A stretch of DNA of 20,000 bases, taken from IMG/VR virus record IMGVR_UViG_3300044678_003135. The stretch is one strand, 5' to 3'. Under the pieces are notes generated by a model. The model had not been told where the DNA came from. It worked only from the letters and a program-made list of their open reading frames with translations, and did not search any database. The stretch comes from an uncultured virus (IMG/VR IMGVR_UViG_3300044678_003135) (taxonomy: Duplodnaviria > Heunggongvirae > Uroviricota > Caudoviricetes). Shown here one piece after another: positions 8,115 to 16,222 of this stretch (position 1 is the stretch's first letter; each line of letters begins with the position of its first letter). A program made the position numbers and the translations under genes.

Positions 8115-8449
8115 TGGCCACCCACATCGCCCCCGCCCGCCCGCTGCCCCCTATCGGCGCCGTGCTGCTGTGCCAGGAGCTTGGCTCCACTGCCTATCCC
8201 GTCACGGTCGAGCGGCACCTGGGCCGCTACTTCTTTGCCGGTGGTCACCCCTTCCACGTCTACTACGACTGGAAGGTGGGCACCACCAGCCACACCTGGC
8301 GCACGGCCGCGGCCATGGTCTGGCTTGCCAGCCCTGAAGAGCGGGCTTCTCTGGAGAAGCTCCAGGCAGAGCTGGCCACGGCTTCTGGGGCCCCCTGGCA
8401 GCCCCCCGCGTCACCGGTTGGCCCTCCAGAGCCCCCCGAGAACTGGTAA
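8114..8449 (+). CDS. Hypothetical protein
   Basis: TGATG overlap with upstream gene; 111 aa. Confidence 0.7.
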   Translation: MATHIAPARPLPPIGAVLLCQELGSTAYPVTVERHLGRYFFAGGHPFHVYYDWKVGTTSHTWRTAAAMVWLASPEERASLEKLQAELATASGAPWQPPASPVGPPEPPENW

Positions 8450-8468
8450 CCCCCTGCTCCCCACCCCA

Positions 8469-8624
8469 ATGCTCATTTTCTGCCGAACCCGAGAAGTGCA
8501 CCCCTGCGGTGCCCGTTGGCGCAAGCCGCTCCCCTTTGGGTGGGAGATCCGCTGGCAATGCCCCAACCGCCCCATCGTCGCCGTGCCTCGTCATGGTTGC
8601 TGGAGGCAGACAACGTCATGGTGA
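8469..8624 (+). CDS. Small hypothetical protein (MLIFCRTREVHP..., 51 aa)
   Basis: ATG after a C-rich leader; stop overlaps the next start region. Confidence 0.4.
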   Translation: MLIFCRTREVHPCGARWRKPLPFGWEIRWQCPNRPIVAVPRHGCWRQTTSW

Positions 8625-9295
8625 GCAGCCTGTTCCGACCTGAACCCACCACCTGGCTACCAGCCCAGGAGCTGCCCGTTCAACCGGCCGCGGCCGGTGG
8701 CTACATCACCTCCAGCGGGGAGGAGCTGTTCTCCGCCAGTGGCATTCTCGACCGGGTCTATCCCCATCGTGCCCTGCAGCTGGCCCGCAACCCGGTGGTG
8801 CTGCGCGCCTGCGTTGCCTATGCCAACAGTCTCCACAACCCGGATGTGAGCGCAGCAGGGCCCTGGTCGCCCGCTGTGGCGCCGTTCACCGATCAGCTCA
8901 GCACCATCGCCCCGCTGATCGGTCATCCCTTCTGGGCCAACCTGGAGGCGCTGGCAGCACCGATCCATGTGCGTCACCGTCGCCTGCCCCTGGGCGCCAC
9001 CGCTGAACTGCTGGTCCGTTTTTCCAATGGCGGGGACATCGGTATCGGTCTCTGCCAAAGCGCTGCCAGCGATCAGCTCGACCCGATACGAGTTGCCGCC
9101 GAAGTTGGAGCGGCGATCGCCCTGCTGGGCGACAGCTGCACCTGGTGGCCGCGGCGTGCGTTCGTCTTGTTTTGCAGTCCTGAGCGCACCACGGTGGAAA
9201 TGATCGATGTGGATAAGGCCCTGGCCTGCTGGATCGATGCGATCGACGCCTACCGCTTCATGGCCAGAACCATGAACTGGGAGGTGCGGTTTTGA
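8618..9295 (+). CDS. Degenerate PD-(D/E)XK (RecB/Cas4-like phage exonuclease) homologue, probably inactive
   Basis: YITSSGEELFSASGIL (cf. Y....G...PSVTTIL), LGATAELLVRFSNGGDIGIGLCQS (cf. AGT.D.......I.D.KT), AEVGAAIALL (cf. QL.AY..AL), C-terminal W......Y helix; GGAGG upstream of ATG 8618. Confidence 0.55.
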   Translation: MVSSLFRPEPTTWLPAQELPVQPAAAGGYITSSGEELFSASGILDRVYPHRALQLARNPVVLRACVAYANSLHNPDVSAAGPWSPAVAPFTDQLSTIAPLIGHPFWANLEALAAPIHVRHRRLPLGATAELLVRFSNGGDIGIGLCQSAASDQLDPIRVAAEVGAAIALLGDSCTWWPRRAFVLFCSPERTTVEMIDVDKALACWIDAIDAYRFMARTMNWEVRF

Positions 9296-9546
9296 GCCCC
9301 TCGAAGCCGCGGCCGCCCATGGTGCAGGTGTGGGTCTGGTTTGTGGGCCAGGCTGAGTGGAAGCGGATGCAGATGCAGGAGATCGATCTCCACCTGATCG
9401 GCTCCCCCACGGCGCTGATCACCGTGGAGGGCGATGGATTCCTTGCCACGCCCATGCCGGGCTGGCGAGTGACCCGGGAGCGGCCTGGACATGGTGGCCC
9501 ACCTCCCCTGGCCAGCGCATCGATGGGGAGGCCTGAAGATGGCTGA
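9292..9546 (+). CDS. Hypothetical protein
   Basis: TTGA overlap with upstream stop after GGAGG; alternative ATG at 9319. Confidence 0.6.
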   Translation: MSPSKPRPPMVQVWVWFVGQAEWKRMQMQEIDLHLIGSPTALITVEGDGFLATPMPGWRVTRERPGHGGPPPLASASMGRPEDG

Positions 9547-9814
9547 GGGAATCGTCGCCTGGCCGAGGCTGCAGCAGCCCAATCCGTTGGCCGCGGCCCG
9601 TGAGCAGCTGGACGCAGCTGTCGCCTACCTGCTGGAAGCAGCCACCGCCGAGGTGAGCGGGGATGTCCTGCTCCGCAAGGCCCTGGCCGATGGCCAGCAG
9701 ATGGAGCGCCGGCGCGTGATGGCCCTGTTGCTAGATCGCCTGGAGCAGTACCCCCGGCCCTCTGACACCCGCCGCATGCTTCTGCTCGACCTGCTGGAGG
9801 ACGTGAAGGGATGA
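9539..9814 (+). CDS. Hypothetical helical protein
   Basis: GGGAGG then ATG 9539 overlapping the upstream stop; ATGA-coupled to the next gene. Confidence 0.7.
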   Translation: MAEGIVAWPRLQQPNPLAAAREQLDAAVAYLLEAATAEVSGDVLLRKALADGQQMERRRVMALLLDRLEQYPRPSDTRRMLLLDLLEDVKG

Positions 9815-10194
9815 GATCTGGATCGTTCGATGAGCCCCAGGGTGAAGCACGTAAGTCGGCCGAGTCAGCTCAGAAGCCCCGTCTCGAGCTGGTGCCCTGG
9901 GCCGCCGTGACCGACATCGCTGAAGTGCTGACGTTCGGCGCGGCCAAGTACGAAGCGAACAACTGGTGCAGAGGCGCGCGCTGGGGCCGCTATTTCGCCG
10001 CCCTACTCCGGCATCTGTTCGCCTGGTGGCGCGGCGAAGAGCTGGATCCGGAGAGTGGGCTGAGCCACCTGGCCCATGCCGGCTGCTGCCTGATGTTCCT
10101 AATGGAGTACCGCCGCAACGGCTGGGGCACTGACGATCGCTTCAAGGTCCCTGATGCAGAGCCGTTCCAGAAGCACGATGGGGTGAAGGGATGA
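9811..10194 (+). CDS. DUF5664 family dATP/dGTP diphosphohydrolase domain protein
   Basis: KPRLELVP..A...IAEVLTFGAAKY..NNW.RG..W.RY.AALLRHL.AW..GE..DPESGLSHLAHA.CCL.FL is the family signature. Confidence 0.9.
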   Translation: MRSGSFDEPQGEARKSAESAQKPRLELVPWAAVTDIAEVLTFGAAKYEANNWCRGARWGRYFAALLRHLFAWWRGEELDPESGLSHLAHAGCCLMFLMEYRRNGWGTDDRFKVPDAEPFQKHDGVKG

Positions 10195-10718
10195 GCACCA
10201 CCACCACCCGCCTGCCCCTGGCCACCGCTGATGAAGTGGCCGCCCAGGTGCTGGAGCTGCTGAAGCCTCATTGCGAGCGGATCGACATCGCCGGCAGCAT
10301 CCGCCGCCGGCGGCCCACCATCGGCGACCTGGAGATCGTTTGCATCCCCAAGCCCTACGACCCCTCTCCCCTGTTCTGCTCTGGCATCGCCACCGTGGTG
10401 AACCAGTGGGAGAAGGTGAAAGGCGAGCTGCCCTGCCGCTACACCCAGCGGGTCCTGCCCTGGCACGGGATGAAGCTCGATCTGTTCATGCCTCACCCTG
10501 ACGGCTACGGCCTTCAGCTGGCGATCAGGACCGGTTCGGCCGATTGGTGCCGCACCGTGCTGGCACCGGCTTGGGTTCGTGCCGGCTATCGCTCTGAAGG
10601 TGGGTTGCTGCGCCGGAGCAGCGACGGGGCCATCTGCCCCACACCCACTGAAGAGGCACTGTTCCGGATGATCGGAATACCTTGGGTTGATCCCACCGCA
10701 CGGGAGGTAAGGCCATGA
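10191..10718 (+). CDS. Minimal X-family DNA polymerase / Pol-beta-like nucleotidyltransferase
   Basis: IAGSIRRRRPTIGDLEIV, KLDLF, RTGS and TEEALFRMIGIPWVDP.AR motifs; 175 aa, palm and thumb only. Confidence 0.9.
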   Translation: MSTTTTRLPLATADEVAAQVLELLKPHCERIDIAGSIRRRRPTIGDLEIVCIPKPYDPSPLFCSGIATVVNQWEKVKGELPCRYTQRVLPWHGMKLDLFMPHPDGYGLQLAIRTGSADWCRTVLAPAWVRAGYRSEGGLLRRSSDGAICPTPTEEALFRMIGIPWVDPTAREVRP

Positions 10719-10984
10719 GCCTCTGGCTGGAAAATGAACTGAGACGCCGTGCCTTTTTGACTGCAGGTCGCCGCATGGGCACGGTGCGGGCCATGGCCCT
10801 GCTCAGGCAGGATCTGGAGCGTGTCGACAACTTGGAAGAGATGCGCCGTGCGGAGATCCTGTCCCCGCGGCCTCTCCCGTCCTTCCTGGTGATCGATGAG
10901 GTGGGCCCCCCGCATTCCTCGGCCCCTGGCCCCACCCCTCGCTTTGCGCAATTGTCCTGCCTCCGGCGTCAGCGGTCCCGATGA
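10715..10984 (+). CDS. Hypothetical protein
   Basis: GGAGG plus ATGA coupling to PolX. Confidence 0.6.
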   Translation: MSLWLENELRRRAFLTAGRRMGTVRAMALLRQDLERVDNLEEMRRAEILSPRPLPSFLVIDEVGPPHSSAPGPTPRFAQLSCLRRQRSR

Positions 10985-11844
10985 GCCGGGTGACTCGGGG
11001 GGAGGGAGTGAACTGGCCACAGTCCTCGATCAACTGGGTTTTGCTGGGGATCCATCAGCAGTGGATCAACAAAGCGCCGCCCGAAGAGCTGGACTCTGAC
11101 CCGTTCGCCATCCCAGACGATCTTTCGGCAGAAGTAGACGGCCACCATCCGCCACTGGTGTGAGGTGGCTCCCTCCCAGGCCCCCCAGCTGCTGAACGTC
11201 CTCCCCCAGCAGTTGCGCTCAGGGTCCAACGGCTCCCCAACCTGGTCCCAGACCAGCTGCATTCGGGCTGCCATCGTCGGATAGCCCATCCGTGGCAGGC
11301 CCGCTTCATGGAGCTCCCTCCTCAGCTTCAGGAAGTCCTCCAGCTTTTGCAGCCACTGCTGCTCCCGCTGCCGCTGTATCGGCGTGCGGTGCTCGCATAG
11401 CCGGACCAGCTCCGGCAGCCGCCGCTGCAGGGCCTCAAACACCGCCCGCTTGATGGCCGCGGCCTGCACCCAGCTCCGCTTGCCACTGGGCAGCCGGCAG
11501 ACCGGGCAAGACCAGCGATAGGGTTTGCCACAGGCCCCGCAACGGTCAGGCCGCTTCATCCTGCGCCCGCAGCGGCAAAGCATCAGGCCATCGAACAACT
11601 CTGGCCCGTTGGATTGGTAGTTCGCTTGTATCAGTCGCTGAGCCAGCGCCAGATCAACAGGATCAGCAATGTGCGATCCGATCTGCTTCCACCACCACCT
11701 CATCTGCCATTTGGTGAGCCCAAGTCTTTTACCTGCAGATGACCAGTGAAATCCTGACTTCATCAGGGTTTGCAGCCGTGATGCGGCATCCACGGGTGGT
11801 GTTCCGCCCGGATTGATCTCACCGCAGGATGTGCGGAAAGTCAT
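10969..11844 (-). CDS. Large serine recombinase-like C-terminal module (zinc ribbon and coiled coil) without catalytic domain
   Basis: LFDGLMLCRCGRRM...YRWSCPVC, IKRAVFEAL, a coiled coil and W..AT..QWR.....F..KIVWDG.RVRVQL; no YxRxS resolvase motif upstream. Start 11844 or 11862; the track extension to 12585 is antisense to ParB. Confidence 0.7.
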   Translation of the reverse strand: MTFRTSCGEINPGGTPPVDAASRLQTLMKSGFHWSSAGKRLGLTKWQMRWWWKQIGSHIADPVDLALAQRLIQANYQSNGPELFDGLMLCRCGRRMKRPDRCGACGKPYRWSCPVCRLPSGKRSWVQAAAIKRAVFEALQRRLPELVRLCEHRTPIQRQREQQWLQKLEDFLKLRRELHEAGLPRMGYPTMAARMQLVWDQVGEPLDPERNCWGRTFSSWGAWEGATSHQWRMVAVYFCRKIVWDGERVRVQLFGRRFVDPLLMDPQQNPVDRGLWPVHSLPPSHPAHRDR

Positions 11845-11920
11845 CGCTGTGTGATGCCGCATCAATGACTGAGTATGTACTGGTTCGGCTACGTTGTGCG
11901 ATAGCTCTGCTTCTGCACGC

Positions 11921-12571
11921 ATGGCCAAACGCCGCACCCCTCTGGCAGCAGTCACCGCCCCGACCGAGACCACGCTGGAGGCACTGCTCCAAGACCCCAA
12001 GAACGCCCGGCGCCGCACCCAGCGCAGCACCGGGATGATCGAGCGCTCGCTGCGCGAGTTTGGGGCTGCCCGCTCCCTGGTGGTGGATGAAACCGGCATG
12101 ATCATCGCCGGCAATGGCACCGCCGAGGCAGCCGCCGCCATCGGCATCGAGCGGGTGCTGGTGATCCCGGCCGATGGCCGCACCTTGGTGGCGGTGCAGC
12201 GGACAGATCTTTCCCCAGCACAAAAGGCGGAATATGGAGTGGCGGACAACCGCTCCAGTGACACCTCGGAGTTCAACGGCGCGGCGCTGGCGGCCCTGCT
12301 GGAGGACCATGCGGAGCTGGACCTGAGCCCGTGGTTCACGGACGACGAGTTCAAGGCCCTGGTCGACGGGATCGATGAGCTCCCGGATCCACCAGCGCCC
12401 CCGGAAACTTCTCCGGGCCTGACGGTCCAGCTGGTGTTTCCTGACCAGGAGGCCCTGGTGGAGTTCCAGCAGCTGATGGGCCGCCTGGCGGAGGCGCTGC
12501 CGGAGGAGGAGAGCACCGAAGCCCGCCTGGCCCGTGCTGTGGAGGCCCTGCTGGCCCACCGGGGCCGCTGA
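11921..12571 (+). CDS. ParB/Srx N-terminal domain phage protein
   Basis: DPKNARR....IERSLREFGAARSLVVDE...IIAGNG..EAA...G and Y.VADNR motifs, typical of ParB-like genes upstream of terminases. Confidence 0.85.
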   Translation: MAKRRTPLAAVTAPTETTLEALLQDPKNARRRTQRSTGMIERSLREFGAARSLVVDETGMIIAGNGTAEAAAAIGIERVLVIPADGRTLVAVQRTDLSPAQKAEYGVADNRSSDTSEFNGAALAALLEDHAELDLSPWFTDDEFKALVDGIDELPDPPAPPETSPGLTVQLVFPDQEALVEFQQLMGRLAEALPEEESTEARLARAVEALLAHRGR

Positions 12572-12574
12572 GCC

Positions 12575-13423
12575 GTGGCAGGCACCGCCTACCGCCCTGC
12601 TCTGCCCGCGGCGCCCCCACCAGCTCGCCGCGGCAGCGACATGAGCCTGAAGGAGCATGAGCGGATCTATGCCCTCCACCAGCAGGGTGTCCCAGCCCGT
12701 GAGATCGCGGTCGAGGTGGGGCGGAGCCTTAGCTGCATCTACGCGAGCCTCGCCGATTCGCGCCGGAGCCGTGGGGAGGTGCTTAGGTTTCGGGGTTTCA
12801 CCAACCACCTCCAGGCCGGTGGAGATGGGATCGTCACCCAGAAGCCCCGGCTCCCGGTGGCGGTGGTGGTGCACCGCTACTTGGCCGAGGAGAGCATCGA
12901 GGCCCTGGCCAGCAGCTATGAGGTGAGCCGTGCGGCGATTCGCAGCCTGCTGGTGACGGCCGGCGTCACCATCCGGGCGCAGAGGCGCAGCGTCACCGAC
13001 GGCTACCGGCTATGGACTCCGGAGGAGAGCTCCACCTGCCTGCGGTTGCGGGCGCTGGGCCATGACGCCTCCGTCATCGGGCAGATGATCAATCGCAGCA
13101 CCCTGGCGGTGCGCTCCTGGCTGCAGGAGCACGATCGCCCCAACCATTCGGCCCGGATGGTCGAGAGGGCTCGCCGCCGCCGCGGTGAGCTTCTCCCGGA
13201 GGAGGTGCGATCGGATGAGGTGCTCGAGCAGCTGCGCAAGTGCTGGATCGAGGGCCAGACCGTTGCCGCCATGGCCCGGGAGTTCGCCATCCCAGCCGCC
13301 ATCGTTTCCGGTGCCCTGAAGCGATCTGGGATCCTGGTGAAACGTGGCCCCAAACCCAACCCGATTGCGCCAGGCCGCGGCCGCCCTGCCACCCCGCGGA
13401 ATGCCGTTGTTACAGGTTCCTAA
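12575..13423 (+). CDS. Multi-HTH DNA-binding protein (four HTH-like repeats)
   Basis: LHQQGVPAREIAVEVGRSLSCIY; YLAEESIEALASSYEVSRAAIRSLL..AGV; WTPEE...LRALGHDASVIGQMINRSTLAV; WIEGQTVAAMAREFAIP...V...LKRSGI. Start GTG 12575 or ATG 12641. Confidence 0.8.
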   Translation: MAGTAYRPALPAAPPPARRGSDMSLKEHERIYALHQQGVPAREIAVEVGRSLSCIYASLADSRRSRGEVLRFRGFTNHLQAGGDGIVTQKPRLPVAVVVHRYLAEESIEALASSYEVSRAAIRSLLVTAGVTIRAQRRSVTDGYRLWTPEESSTCLRLRALGHDASVIGQMINRSTLAVRSWLQEHDRPNHSARMVERARRRRGELLPEEVRSDEVLEQLRKCWIEGQTVAAMAREFAIPAAIVSGALKRSGILVKRGPKPNPIAPGRGRPATPRNAVVTGS

Positions 13424-13426
13424 CCT

Positions 13427-13915
13427 TTGAGCAGGAGGAACCCCGGGGTGGCGAAAAAGAAAGCCGGGGCCAGCCCAAAGCCTGCGCGAGATCGCACCCT
13501 CTCCAGGGCGGCAGAACGCAACTACCGGGTGCATGCTCTGTTGGGCATGGCGGTGAAGCAGGGCTTCGGGCCGAAGGATCTGATGGACGTGGCTATTCGG
13601 GGCTGGCGGGTCAGCCCTGCCGTTGCCTCGAAGCTGGTCGGCGAGGCCTATGAACTGGCGATCACCAGCACCAGCCTCTACGACAAGCTGCGCCTGTCTT
13701 CCATCCAGCTTTGCCGGATGGAAGACCTCCTGAAGAAGGCCATCACCAGCAAGCAGCTGGGCGTTGCCCTGGGGGTGAACCGCGAGATCAACCAACTGAT
13801 CCTCACCATCGAGAAGTTCGAGAAGGCGCTGGAGGAGGCTGGCGACGGCGGCGCTGGGGCTGAACCCCTGAGCCCAGAGGAGCAGGAGGCCGAGGACCGG
13901 GCCGGTGATTTCTGA
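13427..13915 (+). CDS. Probable terminase small subunit
   Basis: Helical 162-aa protein with N-terminal HTH-like segment, TGATG-coupled to TerL; call is positional. Confidence 0.6.
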   Translation: MSRRNPGVAKKKAGASPKPARDRTLSRAAERNYRVHALLGMAVKQGFGPKDLMDVAIRGWRVSPAVASKLVGEAYELAITSTSLYDKLRLSSIQLCRMEDLLKKAITSKQLGVALGVNREINQLILTIEKFEKALEEAGDGGAGAEPLSPEEQEAEDRAGDF

Positions 13916-15471
13916 TGGACTGGGACGACGAGGCCTGGGCTGAATACGACGCGCAGCTCCGCACCCAGACCTCCTGCTACAGCTGGCCCCGAACGGGTCC
14001 CGCCGGGCTGCACATCCCTCGGAAGCAGCCGGTTCTTCGGCCTCTGCTGCAATACGCCCCTCGCCGGGGGCTGTTCTCCCAGGCCCAAAGGGTTCAGCCA
14101 TGGGACCAGCTCCCGAAGCGCTGGCCCGACTTCGCCGCCCGAACCTATATCGCCTCCCAGGGCAAGTACCTGCGCTTCAAGCCTTGGGACTACCAGCTGG
14201 ACCTGATCCGCACGATCCGGGGCCACCAGAACACCTACGTCAACAAGAGCCGCCAGACCGGTGTTTCCGAGACGATCATCAGCTACATGCTTCAGCAGGC
14301 CATCCAACGGCCGGCGTGGGTCGGGATCATCTTCTCCAAGACCGGGGAGGACGCAAGCGAGCTGGCGGCACGGATCAAGGGACAGGCCGCCTCCCTGGGC
14401 TCCGCCTGCCCTCCCCTGCCGAAGGACAGCGCCCGGAAGCTGGTCTTTCAGGGCCGCGGCAGCCTGCACTTCCTGCCCCCCACTGAGCGGGCCGCCCGAG
14501 GCATCCCCAGCGCCTCCATGGTGCTCTTCGATGAGGGGGCCTTCATCGAGAAGCTCGCCGGCATCGAGACCGGTGCCATGCCCACCCTTTCCCTGCTGGG
14601 GGCCCGGGCCAGGGCCGTGTGGGTCTCCACTCCCAACGGCCGGAGCGGCCGGTTCTACGAGCACTGGAGCACCGACCACGGCGAGGTGCAGGTTGGCGAT
14701 GCGTTCGTCAACGACATCCCCACGCTGCGCTGTTCCCCCGACGGCCAGTTCGCCAAGGTCGCCATCCACTGGAGCCAGCACCCGATCTATTCGCTGGATC
14801 CGGACTATCCAGAAAACACCCGCCGCAAGTTCCAGCTCACCCAGCAGCGCTACCGGCAGGAGTTCGAGCTCGACTTCGCCGCCACTGACGCGGAGGTCTA
14901 CCCGCATCACTTGATCGAAGCGGCAGAGGCCATCGGCGGCCTGCAGCTGGCCACCAGGGGCCACAGCTACGTGATCGGGATCGACCCGAATGGCAGTGGC
15001 GGCGACGAATGGGTCACCACCGTGCTCGACATCACCTCCAACCCCTGGCAGGTGGTGGCCCGTTTCAACGACGCCCGGCGCAGCCGCGACTACGGCCTGC
15101 AGCGCACCGCCCGCCTGATCGACGAGTACAACCCCGAGATGGTGGCGATCGAGAACAACGGCGTCGGGGCCAACGTGGGTGAGGCCCTGTCGATCCTGCG
15201 GCCCGGGGTGCCGATCGAAGAGTTCGCCACCTCCAAGCCCTCCAAGATCCGCATGACCGATCGGGTCCTGCTGCTGCTGGAGCAAGGCGAGCTGGGAATC
15301 CCCCCCGACGACATCTACGGCAAGCAGATGCGCACCTTCCGCCAGGGGGCCGACGGCACCCGCGAAGCCGCGGCCGGCTGCCACGACGACGCCGTGATGA
15401 GCCTTGCTGCAGCTTGTGAAGCCGGCGCCCGAACCCGGCCGATGATGGCCGAATGGGTCAAGATGGTGTGA
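13915..15471 (+). CDS. terL: Terminase large subunit
   Basis: Adenine-binding PWDYQ, Walker A NKSRQTGVS, Walker B VLFDEGAF, motif III VSTPNG, RQEFE, RNase-H-like nuclease IGIDP...IENNGVG...HDDAVMSLA. Confidence 0.95.
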   Translation: MDWDDEAWAEYDAQLRTQTSCYSWPRTGPAGLHIPRKQPVLRPLLQYAPRRGLFSQAQRVQPWDQLPKRWPDFAARTYIASQGKYLRFKPWDYQLDLIRTIRGHQNTYVNKSRQTGVSETIISYMLQQAIQRPAWVGIIFSKTGEDASELAARIKGQAASLGSACPPLPKDSARKLVFQGRGSLHFLPPTERAARGIPSASMVLFDEGAFIEKLAGIETGAMPTLSLLGARARAVWVSTPNGRSGRFYEHWSTDHGEVQVGDAFVNDIPTLRCSPDGQFAKVAIHWSQHPIYSLDPDYPENTRRKFQLTQQRYRQEFELDFAATDAEVYPHHLIEAAEAIGGLQLATRGHSYVIGIDPNGSGGDEWVTTVLDITSNPWQVVARFNDARRSRDYGLQRTARLIDEYNPEMVAIENNGVGANVGEALSILRPGVPIEEFATSKPSKIRMTDRVLLLLEQGELGIPPDDIYGKQMRTFRQGADGTREAAAGCHDDAVMSLAAACEAGARTRPMMAEWVKMV

Positions 15472-15695
15472 ACCCAGAACATCAGTACCTGATGATGCCC
15501 CTCTTCCGCCCCACAGACTGCGCGGCAGTCGGCGGGCCGACGATCAGCCGTGTCCAAGGCTGCATCAACGACGAGATGAAGGAGTGCGTGGTCTGCGGCA
15601 ATGACGCGGTGCACGATATGACCGAACACTCCTTCTTCGGTTTTCCCGGCTCCTGCCCTTATGGGCCCCCGAAAGAGGAGGAATGCGAGCCATGA
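15468..15695 (+). CDS. Small Cys-rich hypothetical protein
   Basis: GTGA overlap with the TerL stop; CVVC motif; ATGA-coupled downstream. Confidence 0.55.
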   Translation: MNPEHQYLMMPLFRPTDCAAVGGPTISRVQGCINDEMKECVVCGNDAVHDMTEHSFFGFPGSCPYGPPKEEECEP

Positions 15696-15955
15696 CCGTC
15701 ATCGTCGACGCGCCGAACTGCGGCACCGCCAGCAACAACCACTGGAAGGTCACGCGGCTGGATGAGCCCGGCCGGATCCCCGGCCTGATCCGGTTTCACA
15801 TGCAGACGCGCACCGCCACCCGCCTGGATCAGGTCGCGCAATGGCTGCCCGAGGGCCGCTGGGCTGCCGGCCGCTGGAGGCCCGATCCGCCGACCGTGCC
15901 GAAGTGGCTCATCGCCAGGGTCGAGGCCGCCCTGCAGCAGGGGGTGGGGCAGTGA
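15692..15955 (+). CDS. Hypothetical protein
   Basis: GAGGAGG and ATGA coupling; 87 aa. Confidence 0.65.
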   Translation: MTVIVDAPNCGTASNNHWKVTRLDEPGRIPGLIRFHMQTRTATRLDQVAQWLPEGRWAAGRWRPDPPTVPKWLIARVEAALQQGVGQ

Positions 15956-16002
15956 CCACCACCAAGGAGCGCCCGATCCTGTGTAAGGAGTTTTGTGGCT
16001 GA
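15952..16002 (+). pseudogene. 16-codon remnant MTTTKERPILCKEFCG of a 'MKERPILF' phage gene
   Basis: GTGA-coupled mini-ORF whose KERPIL matches the N-terminus of a widespread ASCH/PUA-like phage protein. Confidence 0.4.
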
Positions 16003-16222
16003 ACCCCTCTCCCCTCGCGCCCAGAAAGTGCTTGATGCCATGGGCCGGAGTTACGACCATGAGGAGACTCGACGTGCCCTGGCCGCGGCCGTGATCCGCG
16101 CCCTGGTCGAAGAATGCGCCTACACCACCCGCTACCACTCCGAGAACAGCGAGCTCAACGAGATGGTCATCGATGAAGCCGACGCCCTCGCCATCGCCGC
16201 CGAGTTGGAGGGGCAGCCATGA
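15995..16222 (+). CDS. Small phage hypothetical protein (LSPxAQxVLDA...LAIAAELEG type)
   Basis: AAGGAG RBS before GTG; motif recalled from small cyanophage proteins. Confidence 0.75.
   Translation: MAEPLSPRAQKVLDAMGRSYDHEETRRALAAAVIRALVEECAYTTRYHSENSELNEMVIDEADALAIAAELEGQP

Noticed and set aside
9811..10194. 2-aminoadenine (Z-genome) pathway
   Set aside because: No purZ or datZ-like gene in the window; DUF5664 is common in phages without Z-DNA.
10981..11163. ATGA-coupled 60-aa plus-strand ORF antisense to the recombinase-like gene tail
   Set aside because: Could be an interrupted gene, but it is wholly overlapped and has no recognisable motif.
14239..14271. TerL Walker A lacking GKT/S (NKSRQTGVSE)
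   Set aside because: Deviant Walker A motifs with the lysine at the start of the P-loop are known in terminases such as lambda gpA; neither inactivation nor novelty.
13678..15384. 568-aa minus-strand ORF, and similar long antisense ORFs (2631..3683, 11819..12874, 13010..14101)
   Set aside because: Shadow frames of well-supported genes in high-GC DNA, with no motifs.
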